A stretch of DNA of 64,000 nt, taken from IMG/VR virus record IMGVR_UViG_2516653058_000003, positions 1 through 64,000 of that record. One strand, written 5' to 3'. The notes below the pieces were generated by a model that was not told where the DNA came from, did no database searches, and saw nothing but the letters and a program-made list of their open reading frames with translations. A program made the translations under genes and the position numbers. Origin of the DNA: a virus. Taxonomy: Duplodnaviria > Caudoviricetes. Below, one piece after another: positions 17,868 to 27,546 of the stretch; position 1 is the first letter of the stretch; every line of letters starts with the position of its first letter.

Positions 17868-19061
17868 CTAGGAAGTGGTTAAAGTCAGTTTTTTCCAGCC
17901 GTCGTCGTTTTGCATCAGGCGGGTGGACATTTCGGCAAAGTCGAAACGCATCGCCGTAGTACGGCGCATGACATATTGCTCGACCGCCGAATAGGCTCCA
18001 CCGACATAGATCATCTTGTGGATGGCCTTACGGCTGTCGATACCAATCAAGGTGTTGGCCCCGACCAACGCCGTGTCAACGATGAAGAAGTTGACGGCAT
18101 TAGGGATACCAGGGTTAGCAGCTGTTGGGATTGAGGTCAAACGGATGTCATTGCCTGCGTCGCCGACAATCACCGGACGGCCAGTGCGGTTTTCGATGGC
18201 CAGATAGGTATCAATGTCGCAAATGACCCAGTCAATGGTCAGTTTTGTCCAATCTTTACGGAGCCACTTGACCCAGGCTTTATTGGTCATAGTGCCTGCG
18301 GCAGCAATCGAGCTGTCATAAACAGTCACGGCCTCCCCAGTCAACGTGCCAATACCCATGTCGGTGTCGCCATTGATCATAGCGGACAGGTATTGGTTAA
18401 TCAGGCCTATACGTTGGCCAATGATTTGTTGTTGCAAAGTCATTCCCACCATATCAATGGTGGTGACTTTGGACGCTTCATCACTGATCTCGAAACCAAT
18501 AGATTTCGTAGGGATACGGTATGACTTGTCGGAGATGGAGATGGACACCATCGCCGTGGGTGGTGCACCTTGGGCAATAGGTTGTGCCAAGGAATCACGG
18601 GGCGCAGTCAAGTTGATGATCGGCTGATCTACACGCGGGCTGTCCGCAGATGAGGTCAATGCAACCATACGGTTGTAGACCCCTTCGTAGGTTGCCCAAT
18701 CTGACATCAGTTCGGACTCGATCCACTGCAGGATGACGGCAGGGAACAACAGGCGTCCTGCCACAGTCAGAGCCTGGCTGCCGTCAGGACGGACGATGCC
18801 CATCATAGGGGCGCCTTCCAATACATCCACCATACGTGAGGCAGGCAAACCACGGGCATCGTCACGGTGTAGTGCCAGGCCGGCAGAGGTCATGACTTGT
18901 TGGAAGGCTTGGCCGTATTTCTCGGCATCGGTGTCATATTGTTGGTTGATAAATTGCGGAAGGGTAAGGCCTTTATCAAAAGCTTCCTTGTACATTTCCA
19001 CACTCAGGGTGACGTCATGGGCTTGCCCGTTTCTGTCCCTAACAAATACTTTTTGTGTCAT
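17868..19061 (-). CDS. Major capsid protein
   Basis: 397 aa after protease-scaffold and decoration genes, followed by a terminator; composition and position fit an HK97-fold capsid protein. Confidence 0.85.
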   Translation of the reverse strand: MTQKVFVRDRNGQAHDVTLSVEMYKEAFDKGLTLPQFINQQYDTDAEKYGQAFQQVMTSAGLALHRDDARGLPASRMVDVLEGAPMMGIVRPDGSQALTVAGRLLFPAVILQWIESELMSDWATYEGVYNRMVALTSSADSPRVDQPIINLTAPRDSLAQPIAQGAPPTAMVSISISDKSYRIPTKSIGFEISDEASKVTTIDMVGMTLQQQIIGQRIGLINQYLSAMINGDTDMGIGTLTGEAVTVYDSSIAAAGTMTNKAWVKWLRKDWTKLTIDWVICDIDTYLAIENRTGRPVIVGDAGNDIRLTSIPTAANPGIPNAVNFFIVDTALVGANTLIGIDSRKAIHKMIYVGGAYSAVEQYVMRRTTAMRFDFAEMSTRLMQNDDGWKKLTLTTS

Positions 19062-19091
19062 GGTTCGATTTCCTTATCGAGAGTGTTTAAA

Positions 19092-19589
19092 TTAGTCGCG
19101 TTCCAAGATGACTAAACTGCCTGCGGCACCTGTGCCGCTAATGATGGCAATACACCGCCAAAACTTTTTGGCCGGGCTGCCAGTCTTCACCTGGGCATTT
19201 GGCCCGGTGGGGTTGGACGGGGCGGTTCCGGGAGGGCTTGCCCATTGCTGTGCGCTGCTGGCCGTGCCAAGCGCCAACTGGGTATCGGCGACGACATAAT
19301 CACCGACAGCCATAGCTGTGGCCCCTTGGTTGGCGCCGACAAGGGCCTCCACGCGGCCTTCCGTGAGGATTCCTCCAAAGGCGTAGCCATTGTTTACGGT
19401 GTATGGTTCAATTGAATTAACAAACCCGTCAATATCGGCACCGGCAGTCGCCAATACATGTGATGCGGCACCCAATTTCACGGCTTTGCCGACATCCTTC
19501 GCTGACAACCAAGTATCCGAACCGGAACCTAGTGCATCGGAGATAATGTTGGGATTGGGTACGGTGACCTTTCGTGTGAAAGCTGTCAT
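19092..19589 (-). CDS. Capsid decoration/cement protein
   Basis: 165-aa Gly/Ala-rich ORF (DVGKAVKL..LATAGADIDGFV) between scaffold and capsid. Confidence 0.7.
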   Translation of the reverse strand: MTAFTRKVTVPNPNIISDALGSGSDTWLSAKDVGKAVKLGAASHVLATAGADIDGFVNSIEPYTVNNGYAFGGILTEGRVEALVGANQGATAMAVGDYVVADTQLALGTASSAQQWASPPGTAPSNPTGPNAQVKTGSPAKKFWRCIAIISGTGAAGSLVILERD

Positions 19590-19621
19590 GTTAAGACCTC
19601 CATGTCTTATGTTGTTTGTGT

Positions 19622-21028
19622 TTAGTTACGTCGTTTATTGAAGCTGTTTTGTTGCAGACGGGCTTGGTCGAGAACTGGGGGGCCAGACGATTCGTCAGTT
19701 TCCTCGGACTCTACCGCCGCCACTCCGCCCACTTTGAATTTGCTCATAAAAGTGGTGGTAGTTTTAGCGTGTTGGGCTAACAGGGTTTCGGCGGGCAGTT
19801 CGGACATGTCGATAGGTGTGCCGCCCATTGCGACTTGCATTTTTTGTAAGCTGAGGTGGATTATGTCTTTCATCGGCTGGTGGGTCGCCTCAAATTTGGC
19901 GACGGCATTAGAGGCTTCAGCCAGCTGCGAAGTCAGTTCCAGAATCTTGCTGTCTTTAGCGGCCAATTCAGCTTTTAAGAAGGTGACGACCTCTGATTCC
20001 CCAATAGTGCCGACAACCAAGGCAGACTCCGTATTTTCTGTTTGGGAGTCTTCCAGAGAAGATTCGGCGGCGGTTTCGGCAGCCAATGCGGCTGCCGCTT
20101 CAGTGCCTAGGACAACAGCAGGGTCCGCCCCTGCCAAAAGGGCGGCTTGCTGTTGTTCCGTCATAGCGGGTCTGGGTATTTTGCTCATATATGTGGTTTC
20201 CTTACCATTTGATTTTTTGTCTAATTGTGATTGCAGCGTAGCGATCAACCCATCCAGGGTTGTCACGTCGTCCACCAACCCAGCGTCCTTAGCTTGTTGC
20301 CCTACCCACGTTTGCCCGTTAGCCCAATTTGTCCAGACAAAATCTGAAGATATACCGCGATACTGGGCAACCCGGTCTGAGAACACCCGGTGCAGCACAT
20401 CAGAGTGCTCTTGGATTTGCGCCTTGGCTTCGTCGCTAAGCTTCTCATAAGGGGTTCCTAGGGCTTTCTTATCCCCTGAACGGATAACCGTTGGTTTGAC
20501 GCCATTTTGGCGGAGGTTTTCCGAGTAGTCTTTGTGTATCGTAATGACGCCGATGCTTCCGACAGTGGCCACTTCCCCTGCATATAAGTTACGGCAGGAA
20601 GACATGGCCCAATAGCCTGCGGACGTGGCGTGGCCTCCGGTGTACCCATCAATAGGGAATCCCATTGAAGTCAGTTGCCGGATAAGGTTGCCAAGGTCGG
20701 AGAGGCCGTTAGGCGTGCCGCCTCCTGTGTCAAAGTTTATGACACAGGAGGCGGCATCAGTGTGGGCATACGCTTCGAAAAGTGCGCGGCGGATTTGATT
20801 ATACGACGTGTCGCCAAAATACCAAGTGCGCCAGGAGTCATCATTGGTCAATACACCAGTGACGTCGATGACGGCAACATTGCCGAACAAGGTGAAATAC
20901 TCAGGGGGGTCGGAGGAGAGGCTATCTGACGTGATGCTGCCTGACAATAAGGCGGCATTTAAGCCCTCTTGCCTGGCGACGTAGTCGTTGTACTGCTGTA
21001 GGCTTCCTAGCCAGTGCGTAGCTTCCAT
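19622..21028 (-). CDS. S49-family prohead protease fused to scaffold
   Basis: INFDTGGG, SAGYWAMS and GSIGVI motifs of S49/SppA peptidases, plus an acidic/coiled-coil C-terminal half. Confidence 0.9.
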   Translation of the reverse strand: MEATHWLGSLQQYNDYVARQEGLNAALLSGSITSDSLSSDPPEYFTLFGNVAVIDVTGVLTNDDSWRTWYFGDTSYNQIRRALFEAYAHTDAASCVINFDTGGGTPNGLSDLGNLIRQLTSMGFPIDGYTGGHATSAGYWAMSSCRNLYAGEVATVGSIGVITIHKDYSENLRQNGVKPTVIRSGDKKALGTPYEKLSDEAKAQIQEHSDVLHRVFSDRVAQYRGISSDFVWTNWANGQTWVGQQAKDAGLVDDVTTLDGLIATLQSQLDKKSNGKETTYMSKIPRPAMTEQQQAALLAGADPAVVLGTEAAAALAAETAAESSLEDSQTENTESALVVGTIGESEVVTFLKAELAAKDSKILELTSQLAEASNAVAKFEATHQPMKDIIHLSLQKMQVAMGGTPIDMSELPAETLLAQHAKTTTTFMSKFKVGGVAAVESEETDESSGPPVLDQARLQQNSFNKRRN

Positions 21029-21044
21029 GTTTTTCTCTTCGGCA

Positions 21045-21090
21045 TCCTGCCAATAAGGTTAATTAATTATAACCATCTGCGGTGACAATA
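21045..21090 (-). promoter_or_regulatory. Possible sigma70-type promoter for the head operon
   Basis: Minus strand TTGTAT-N16-TATAAT; the -10 lies inside the inverted repeat GGTTA..TAACC. Confidence 0.4.
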
Positions 21091-21094
21091 CAAA

Positions 21095-21364
21095 TTATTT
21101 TGGTAGTTTGTCTATCAGCAGGTTAAACAGGCCGTCTAACCTTTGTCCTACGTGGGAAAAGCCATTATCTATTTTTGTGTAGATTTCGGAGATGTCGCGG
21201 TTATGTTGTTCCTTATGTACCGTATCCCGCTCTAACACGGCAATACGGGTGTCATGGGATTCAAGCTTATTTAGTGCCATCTTAATTCCCGCCAGCACAA
21301 TAGTCCCCAGCACTACCAACACGGTTCCCGCCCACCCCCATAGCGTATCGTCGTCCAATGTCAT
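21095..21364 (-). CDS. Holin-like single-TM/coiled-coil protein
   Basis: N-terminal TM (WGWAGTVLVVLGTIVLAGI) plus coiled coil, directly after the endolysin; GGAGG RBS. Confidence 0.5.
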   Translation of the reverse strand: MTLDDDTLWGWAGTVLVVLGTIVLAGIKMALNKLESHDTRIAVLERDTVHKEQHNRDISEIYTKIDNGFSHVGQRLDGLFNLLIDKLPK

Positions 21365-21368
21365 AGGG

Positions 21369-21998
21369 TTACCTCCGTGAGTTTTCATAGTCCGCCGCGT
21401 ATTTTTTTACATTGGCAACATAGTGTTCGTTGGCGTCGGTAGGGGTGCCGGCATTGTAGGCAGATATAACCCCGTCAATGCCGTGCGAAGCAGAAAATTG
21501 CCTATGGAGGTTAACAAAATGCCTAACACCATAGATGATTCCAGGAACCCCACATAAATCTTGGAATTCTCCCCGAAAACCATATTCGCGGGCAACCGCT
21601 CCCATAACCTGCATAGGTCCCCAGGAAGTCTTCTGTCCTTCAAACTCCTCCGAATCTGTTGTAACTCCTGGAACTCCAGTAAAACCCCTCGGCAATTTAG
21701 CGGTTACAGGTTCCAGTGCCTCCTCAAACTCCGCAGAAGGTGGTATGTGTTCCAGGGGTTCGAAAGATTCTGCCATGGCAACTGCCGTGGTTTTCTTGGT
21801 TTTGGTTGGCTTAGGCTCGGCCTCTTTGAAAGGTTGGTTTTTAGCCACATCCCATAACCACTGGTAATCCTTTTCAAACCGGGTGGCATCCATTCTGCCT
21901 GAACTTTCCTGCATAGCGATGCCAACCAGGTACCTGGTCCTAAACCCGGCCAACCTGGCCTGGTTTATAATGGCCGTCTCAATATTTTTTGCGATCAT
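21369..21998 (-). CDS. SLT-family lytic transglycosylase (endolysin) with low-complexity insertion
   Basis: IAMQESSG (catalytic Glu), SWGPMQVMGAVAREYGF and ISAYNAG motifs. Confidence 0.88.
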   Translation of the reverse strand: MIAKNIETAIINQARLAGFRTRYLVGIAMQESSGRMDATRFEKDYQWLWDVAKNQPFKEAEPKPTKTKKTTAVAMAESFEPLEHIPPSAEFEEALEPVTAKLPRGFTGVPGVTTDSEEFEGQKTSWGPMQVMGAVAREYGFRGEFQDLCGVPGIIYGVRHFVNLHRQFSASHGIDGVISAYNAGTPTDANEHYVANVKKYAADYENSRR

Positions 21999-22024
21999 AA
22001 GTCACTCCATTGACTTGGTGGGTG

Positions 22025-23542
22025 TTATTGCGAAGCCCCGCCGGATTTTTGGGGGGCGTCTCCGGTTAGTGCGCGTCTGGTGGGGTCGCCGCCATTGGCG
22101 ACCGCTTTTGGATCCATAGCCTGTTTTCCCTTTTCATAGAACATGGTGCCAGACAAAGGCGGGGCACCAGGGGCACGAAGGCCTGTGTTTAGGTCTTGGG
22201 CCGCTTCCTGATCGGTCTTAAACCCTAACGACAACAGTTCAAGGATCCGTGCTTGTTTCATCTGTTTGAAAGCTTCCAGCTCATCCTCAGGACGTAGGTT
22301 GACCGGATCGTATTTCGCCTCTACATATCCTTCGAACCCATATAACCTCAAAGCCAGTGTCAATGCCCTAGCCCATACGGCCTCAACAGGTTTGCGTATC
22401 CCTTCCACATGTTTCAAGAACAGTAGCGACTCGGAACTGGAGATGCTTTGTGATCCGCCGGTAGTGCGCTTTCCTAGGATAGATAATGGGGTATGTAAGG
22501 CTGTGGAAGATTGGCCATCCACTATGTCCATCAAGGGGCCGTAATCTCCAGACGCACCTATCTGCGAATTTAGGTAGTCCACTTCTGCCGTGTCCCAGAG
22601 CACCAAACCAGATTCAGGGTTAAGCCCTGCTATCTGGGTTTCCAAGGCACTACGCACAGAGTCCATCCACTCCTTCTGCTTATTGAAATCCCCCCGCGCC
22701 TCCGTCGGCATGGCCTTCATCACCATTTCGGTGTTAAGGGTCACCACCAGGCGGCTATGCCCGGAGCGGCGCACCGCCCGGCGGATGTCCTCAAGCACTT
22801 CGGCGTTAAAAACTGCCGCATTCAGGGCGGATTCCAGTGGGGGTTTAGGATATGTGACCGTGACGTCGTGGTCAAGACGAGCAGAGAAGAATGTGGGGAT
22901 GTCCAGTATCACCGTGGCGCCTTGCAGTTGCTGCCACGGGATGATTTTGTGGTTGGTGCCGTTGCCGGTATCAACCGGGCTAATCCGCCAGCGCAATTTG
23001 GACGGGGACACAGGCTGCAGACGGAAAGGCAGCCGCACTTTATCCAATACCAATTCCATCGCACACGCCCCGGTCAGCAGGATCTCATTCAGCATGGTCT
23101 CAGAGACACTGGATAACGGCTGCCGGTCGTCATAGCCGTAGCTGTAGTCGTTTAGATGGGTAAGGTTGGTGAGGATGCTAAGCAGGAGTTTTGACCCGTC
23201 GTCCGAGAGCTGCTGCCCCATATCGAACACTTTGAACCGCAGTTCCGTATTGGCCAGCCGGACGTAGGACACGACAGCCATGGATACATCAGGGGAAATT
23301 TTGACCAGGGCGCGTATGGCCTCATACGCGTTGGCCGACGCACGGATGGATTGGATGCTGGTGTTGAAGTAGAACGGGGCGGCGTCCGGCAACGGGATAT
23401 CCACACCCCTGTTGGTGGACAAATCCACTGTCTGGATACCGGCAACCAACTTCCGGGGCAACACAAGCGGCGCCGTGGCTGGGGATGCCTGGGCAGACCC
23501 TTGGGGTTTAGTTTTGGGACTTCTCTTGTTGTTGGCAGCCAT
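22025..23542 (-). CDS. Portal protein
   Basis: 505 aa between terminase and protease; helical composition and RLQPVSP clip-like region. Confidence 0.85.
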   Translation of the reverse strand: MAANNKRSPKTKPQGSAQASPATAPLVLPRKLVAGIQTVDLSTNRGVDIPLPDAAPFYFNTSIQSIRASANAYEAIRALVKISPDVSMAVVSYVRLANTELRFKVFDMGQQLSDDGSKLLLSILTNLTHLNDYSYGYDDRQPLSSVSETMLNEILLTGACAMELVLDKVRLPFRLQPVSPSKLRWRISPVDTGNGTNHKIIPWQQLQGATVILDIPTFFSARLDHDVTVTYPKPPLESALNAAVFNAEVLEDIRRAVRRSGHSRLVVTLNTEMVMKAMPTEARGDFNKQKEWMDSVRSALETQIAGLNPESGLVLWDTAEVDYLNSQIGASGDYGPLMDIVDGQSSTALHTPLSILGKRTTGGSQSISSSESLLFLKHVEGIRKPVEAVWARALTLALRLYGFEGYVEAKYDPVNLRPEDELEAFKQMKQARILELLSLGFKTDQEAAQDLNTGLRAPGAPPLSGTMFYEKGKQAMDPKAVANGGDPTRRALTGDAPQKSGGASQ

Positions 23543-23569
23543 TTGACATCCGTGTCATAGGGTTTGGTG

Positions 23570-23603
23570 AGTTGATTATATCAACATTTTCCTGGCGTTA
23601 AAG
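23570..23603 (-). promoter_or_regulatory. Extended -10 promoter overlapped by a palindrome, upstream of portal
   Basis: Minus strand TGaTATAAT embedded in the inverted repeat GTTGAT-TAT-ATCAAC (23571-23585). Confidence 0.5.
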
Positions 23604-23605
23604 CC

Positions 23606-23818
23606 TTATATGTAACTCAAGGCCGACTTGCCCTTAACGATCACCTTCGCCGTCCGCTTGTCGCCGTGGGAAAGGTTCCATGATTCCAACTCCTCGACTG
23701 TGGCTTTCAACGTTTTCCGGTAGAGGTTCAGCATCGCCACAACCTCCTCAACCGCCATCGGCTCCCCGTTGTTCAGGATAACCGCCCCGTCCTCCATCAC
23801 CCCTTCTGTAAATTTCAT
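23606..23818 (-). CDS. Hypothetical protein
   Basis: 70-aa ORF in the terminase-portal gap, overlapping the upstream stop. Confidence 0.6.
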   Translation of the reverse strand: MKFTEGVMEDGAVILNNGEPMAVEEVVAMLNLYRKTLKATVEELESWNLSHGDKRTAKVIVKGKSALSYI

Positions 23819-24045
23819 AGCTTACCGGAAGTCTTTTCCGGCTCCCCGATTAAAACCTTGCCTCCAATTAGCACACTGGTGGTGATACCTGTCCCCGGTA
23901 TCTGGGACAAACCTAACATGACCAGAATCCAAACCAAAAGCGCGTTAGCCAACACATTGAACAAAGCAAGCACGGCACCCGCCAAAACCTTAAACACCTT
24001 GCCAGCCCCCACATATTCCACCACTGTTTCAGTTGTTGCCGGCAT
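23815..24045 (-). CDS. Small membrane protein
   Basis: 76 aa with long hydrophobic segment; GAGG RBS. Confidence 0.55.
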   Translation of the reverse strand: MPATTETVVEYVGAGKVFKVLAGAVLALFNVLANALLVWILVMLGLSQIPGTGITTSVLIGGKVLIGEPEKTSGKL

Positions 24046-24057
24046 TTTAATTGCCTC

Positions 24058-25803
24058 TTATTGAGAAACTGTGCCGACCCGTATCTGATGTATCGTCGGC
24101 ACCGGCACCCATCCGACATACTCCTCCCCTAAAATATCATCCGCCATCGACAGGTAATTACCTGCGTGGAAATAATGGTCTTCCCCTGATTTTACCCAAT
24201 TGGATTCTTCCTCTTTCTTACTACCCACTTCCAATAACCTATCAATCCGTTTCATCCCTTGGAAATGCTTCCTGACCGCCTCCATCTCGTCCATCGCCGG
24301 CCACTGTATGTCCCCATGGTTCACCTTTTTGGCAAACAGGTTAAGGGTTTTGGTGCGGTTCGATTTAACCACCCACTCCTTCTCGTCCACGATATAAAGA
24401 GGCAGCCTGTTATCGGTCAGCGTATAGAAATTGGGCAGCACCCAACCTTCCGGCCTGGCGCTTTGTATCGCCATGATGGAGGGGGTGTAAGGCATCCCGT
24501 CCGACACCAGCTTGATCACCCCATATTGGCGCAGGCGTAAAGTGACCTTCACTTTCAGGTCATCGTCCTCGTTCCCTTCCAACCGTATCTGTTCAGCCCA
24601 CAACACGTCCAGCTTACCGGTGCTGTAGTTCCGTTTGCCGATCAGCAGCCAGCTAACCTTGCCCACGTCCAACCCCGCCACGCAGCCGGTAATTCCTAAA
24701 GCCTGGGCCAAGTCCGGCGGCACCGGCCTTACCGAAATGTTTTCCTTAACTTTCTCGTCAAGGATGGAGTTAGACGAGTCGGAATGCGCCAGCCCCAGCA
24801 CAAAGTTTTTGAAGTGGTTAAGGTTGTTTTTGTAGGAGATCAGCTTATGGATGATACTCAGCGGCGTGTGGTACTCAGGGAAATCCAACGGGCTTAAGTG
24901 GAACCCTTCCTGCATGGTGACGGAAGGGAACTCCGCCACCCATTCCCGGTAGTCGGGGCCGAGGTTTTCTTTTGTGATCGGTTTGTAACAATATTCACAC
25001 AGCAACTGCGCCCCTGCCAAAAGCCCTTTTGACTCCAGCAACGTCGCATCCAGATATGACATCTCATCCATCGGCCTGTCCCATCCGGGCACGACAACGT
25101 GTTTGTAGAACTGCGGCCAAAAATGGGACGCGCAGTGTTTGCACTTCACCAGGCGCTTGAACTGGTTAGATTGGGAATACAGGTAATCTACCCCAATACC
25201 CACCGCCGTCGGCGTGCTCAGTTTCCGTTTGATCCCCCGTGTCCCGGTCTCTTCATCGACAAACCGGCTATGGGTCAGCCGCGACTCCGCCGTCGCCACG
25301 TTTTCGCTGTTACAAAAATCCAGTTCGTCTATGACCAGCAAGTCAGTCGGGACCGAGATGATAGCCCTGCCGTGCGTGCCTCCGGTGACCAGCTGGGAAC
25401 TGCCAATCTGCTTGAACGAAGACGAATCCGACCCCGCCACCAGAATGGATTTCAGGTAGGGGGACGTTCGGATGACCGGGTCAACACGGGATTTGGTGAA
25501 ACGTTGCGACTCCCCGACCGTAGGCAGAAGGTACATGGCCACCACGTCCTGCTCCACTGACAGAAACCCTAGCACCAGCCTCGCCGTCAGCTCGGTCAGG
25601 CCGATCTGTGACGGCTTGATCGTGACCGAATTGTTGTGCCTGCTGTCCAGGATGGCCCGGTGCGCCTCGTGGCCTTTAAGGGAGTATGGGCGGCCTGATA
25701 GCCTGGTGTTCTTCTCCAGCCAAAAAGACAAACGCCCAAGGGAAGACTGGCGGTCTAGCGCGTCCTCCACTTGGGCGATAAATTCCTCATATAACTGGTG
25801 CAT
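24058..25803 (-). CDS. terL: Terminase large subunit (lambda GpA-like)
   Basis: KPSQIGLTE Walker A variant, LLVIDELD Walker B, STPT motif, CxxC zinc motifs, AGLDVG nuclease motif and C-terminal DHYFHA. Confidence 0.92.
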   Translation of the reverse strand: MHQLYEEFIAQVEDALDRQSSLGRLSFWLEKNTRLSGRPYSLKGHEAHRAILDSRHNNSVTIKPSQIGLTELTARLVLGFLSVEQDVVAMYLLPTVGESQRFTKSRVDPVIRTSPYLKSILVAGSDSSSFKQIGSSQLVTGGTHGRAIISVPTDLLVIDELDFCNSENVATAESRLTHSRFVDEETGTRGIKRKLSTPTAVGIGVDYLYSQSNQFKRLVKCKHCASHFWPQFYKHVVVPGWDRPMDEMSYLDATLLESKGLLAGAQLLCEYCYKPITKENLGPDYREWVAEFPSVTMQEGFHLSPLDFPEYHTPLSIIHKLISYKNNLNHFKNFVLGLAHSDSSNSILDEKVKENISVRPVPPDLAQALGITGCVAGLDVGKVSWLLIGKRNYSTGKLDVLWAEQIRLEGNEDDDLKVKVTLRLRQYGVIKLVSDGMPYTPSIMAIQSARPEGWVLPNFYTLTDNRLPLYIVDEKEWVVKSNRTKTLNLFAKKVNHGDIQWPAMDEMEAVRKHFQGMKRIDRLLEVGSKKEEESNWVKSGEDHYFHAGNYLSMADDILGEEYVGWVPVPTIHQIRVGTVSQ

Positions 25804-26237
25804 TATTTGAACCGCTCCTTCAGGAGCGACAGAAACCGGGCTTGTATTGCCGGGTCAACCTCTTTGAGGGTCTCGACCAGGACTTGTTGGAGGGTTCTTA
25901 CCCTGTCCTGGTTGTAAATTTTCTCAAGGGTCGTCTGGAGGGTCTTGATCAGAGACGTAGAGGCCGTCAAGGCTTCTTTCGCCTCGCGGATGTCGGGTAT
26001 TTGGGCGCCGTTGTCAGGTATGGCCTGGCTTCTCAAAGCTTTGGCGGCCTTGATCTGGCTCATGATCTCCTCGTGGAGGTCAAAATCGGAGCCGTTGCCT
26101 ATTTGGCTGTCGCTTGGTGCTGAGAAATTGTCCTGCAGGTATTGCCTGACTTCTTTTGGCAGGTAAGAGCGGCGTTTTATCAGAAATTCCGCCAATTCCA
26201 TTGGCGGGACCCCTACCGCGGTGTCTTCGAAGGCCAT
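25803..26237 (-). CDS. Terminase small subunit (putative)
   Basis: 144-aa helical ORF coupled directly to terL. Confidence 0.55.
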   Translation of the reverse strand: MAFEDTAVGVPPMELAEFLIKRRSYLPKEVRQYLQDNFSAPSDSQIGNGSDFDLHEEIMSQIKAAKALRSQAIPDNGAQIPDIREAKEALTASTSLIKTLQTTLEKIYNQDRVRTLQQVLVETLKEVDPAIQARFLSLLKERFK

Positions 26238-26383
26238 ATCCGTGCCTATTGGGTGATTGTTACGTCCATGTGCCCCGCGATCCGTGCAGGTTGTTGGCCA
26301 TCTGGGCCGGTCCGTTAGCGGCTAATGTAGCGGGAGAAGGGGTGTGGGGATAGGTGTTAGGCGGGTAAACGACAAAATGTCAG

Positions 26384-27094
26384 TTATTTGCGGGAAATGG
26401 CTTGCCTGATGTCTTCCACGGCCTCGTTCATAATGTCCTGCATAAGGTATGTGTATCCACGGGCGTCATAACCGTCTTTGTAATAAAGTCCTTGCGTGAT
26501 GTCGGTGTCCTTTTTGTATTCCTTATGCCAGACAACGGCGTTAGTGTGCAGGTTTGTGAGTTTCAAACCAATATCCAATACGTTTTTCGACGTGCCTACT
26601 GGCAGCCCCACCAACCATAACAGCGGCCCTTGCACGGACAGTCCATAAGTCCATAGCTTTCCCTCGTAGTCGGTGGATAAAACCTCACCTTCCAGCAGAT
26701 AGTCCGCCTTGTCCTTATCGCCTCCGAACGTGAAGAACACATCCTGGAACACGCCGGCCTCTTTCAGGCTGTAAACGGAGGCCTTGGCGAGGTCTTCGCT
26801 GACATTGAACTCGAATTCGGAGATGGTGTTGAACATCCTGGCGGCCTCAGGGCGCTGGTATGTGCCATAGCCATAAGGCATCAACGGTATCAGATAAAGC
26901 CAATATGTGCCGGATTGGTTCTCATCCCCGCGTTTCTCTTTGAAGGGGGTCACCGCCACCTTGCTTTGCGGGAGGAACGTGTCGCCGATATGCCTTACGT
27001 CCTTAACGTCTGCGGGGTAGACAAATTTTGCCGTGGTTCCGCAGCCTTGTAGGGCAACCAGGAGGGTTATGGCAAGCAGTGGTTTTATTAGCAT
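26384..27094 (-). CDS. Lipoprotein (moron-like)
   Basis: Signal peptide with lipobox LQGC; 236 aa; GAGGA RBS. Confidence 0.8.
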   Translation of the reverse strand: MLIKPLLAITLLVALQGCGTTAKFVYPADVKDVRHIGDTFLPQSKVAVTPFKEKRGDENQSGTYWLYLIPLMPYGYGTYQRPEAARMFNTISEFEFNVSEDLAKASVYSLKEAGVFQDVFFTFGGDKDKADYLLEGEVLSTDYEGKLWTYGLSVQGPLLWLVGLPVGTSKNVLDIGLKLTNLHTNAVVWHKEYKKDTDITQGLYYKDGYDARGYTYLMQDIMNEAVEDIRQAISRK

Positions 27095-27119
27095 GTGGTG
27101 GTTCCTCTATGGTGTGTGT

Positions 27120-27404
27120 TTAATCATCCATGCGCCAGTCCGGCGTAGATATGTGATCTTCCCAATGTCCAGGCTCTAAATCGTCCCGCTCCCATTGGTA
27201 ATCCCGTCCCCTCTGGTAATACCCAACATTGGCGACATTCCGTCTAACGTCAAATTCTTCATCTTCCATCTGTAAACTTGCCATATGGCTTTTGGTTGGG
27301 TTTGCTTCTTCTTCAATCCGGGTGGTCAGATAATCCAAAACCTCAACTACGTGACCATCTGTAAATTTGGTATTTGGAGCCACTACAGCAAACCAAGAAT
27401 ACAC
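27120..27404 (-). CDS. Hypothetical acidic protein
   Basis: 94-aa ORF in the same orientation as its neighbours. Confidence 0.45.
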   Translation of the reverse strand: MYSWFAVVAPNTKFTDGHVVEVLDYLTTRIEEEANPTKSHMASLQMEDEEFDVRRNVANVGYYQRGRDYQWERDDLEPGHWEDHISTPDWRMDD

Positions 27405-27546
27405 AACTTCCTGTACACATGGGTGAGGTATGCCGTCAGCTGTTGTGAGTCCACGAAGATTGTTAGCCTTAACTACTTTGTATAGGGTCTATGCTAACGC
27501 TTTAAGCTCCTTGCGTATCTTACTGAAACTCATAGTAGCCTCTGGG

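Noticed and set aside
19638-20450. Long antisense ORFs (for example 19638-20450, 10629-11441, 63365-63952)
   Set aside because: They are shadows of well-supported genes on the opposite strand, with no RBS or recognisable motifs.
22059-22067. Minus-strand ACCGGAGAC copy
   Set aside because: It lies inside the portal coding sequence (L-T-G-D), has no hairpin and is too far from the next start codon.
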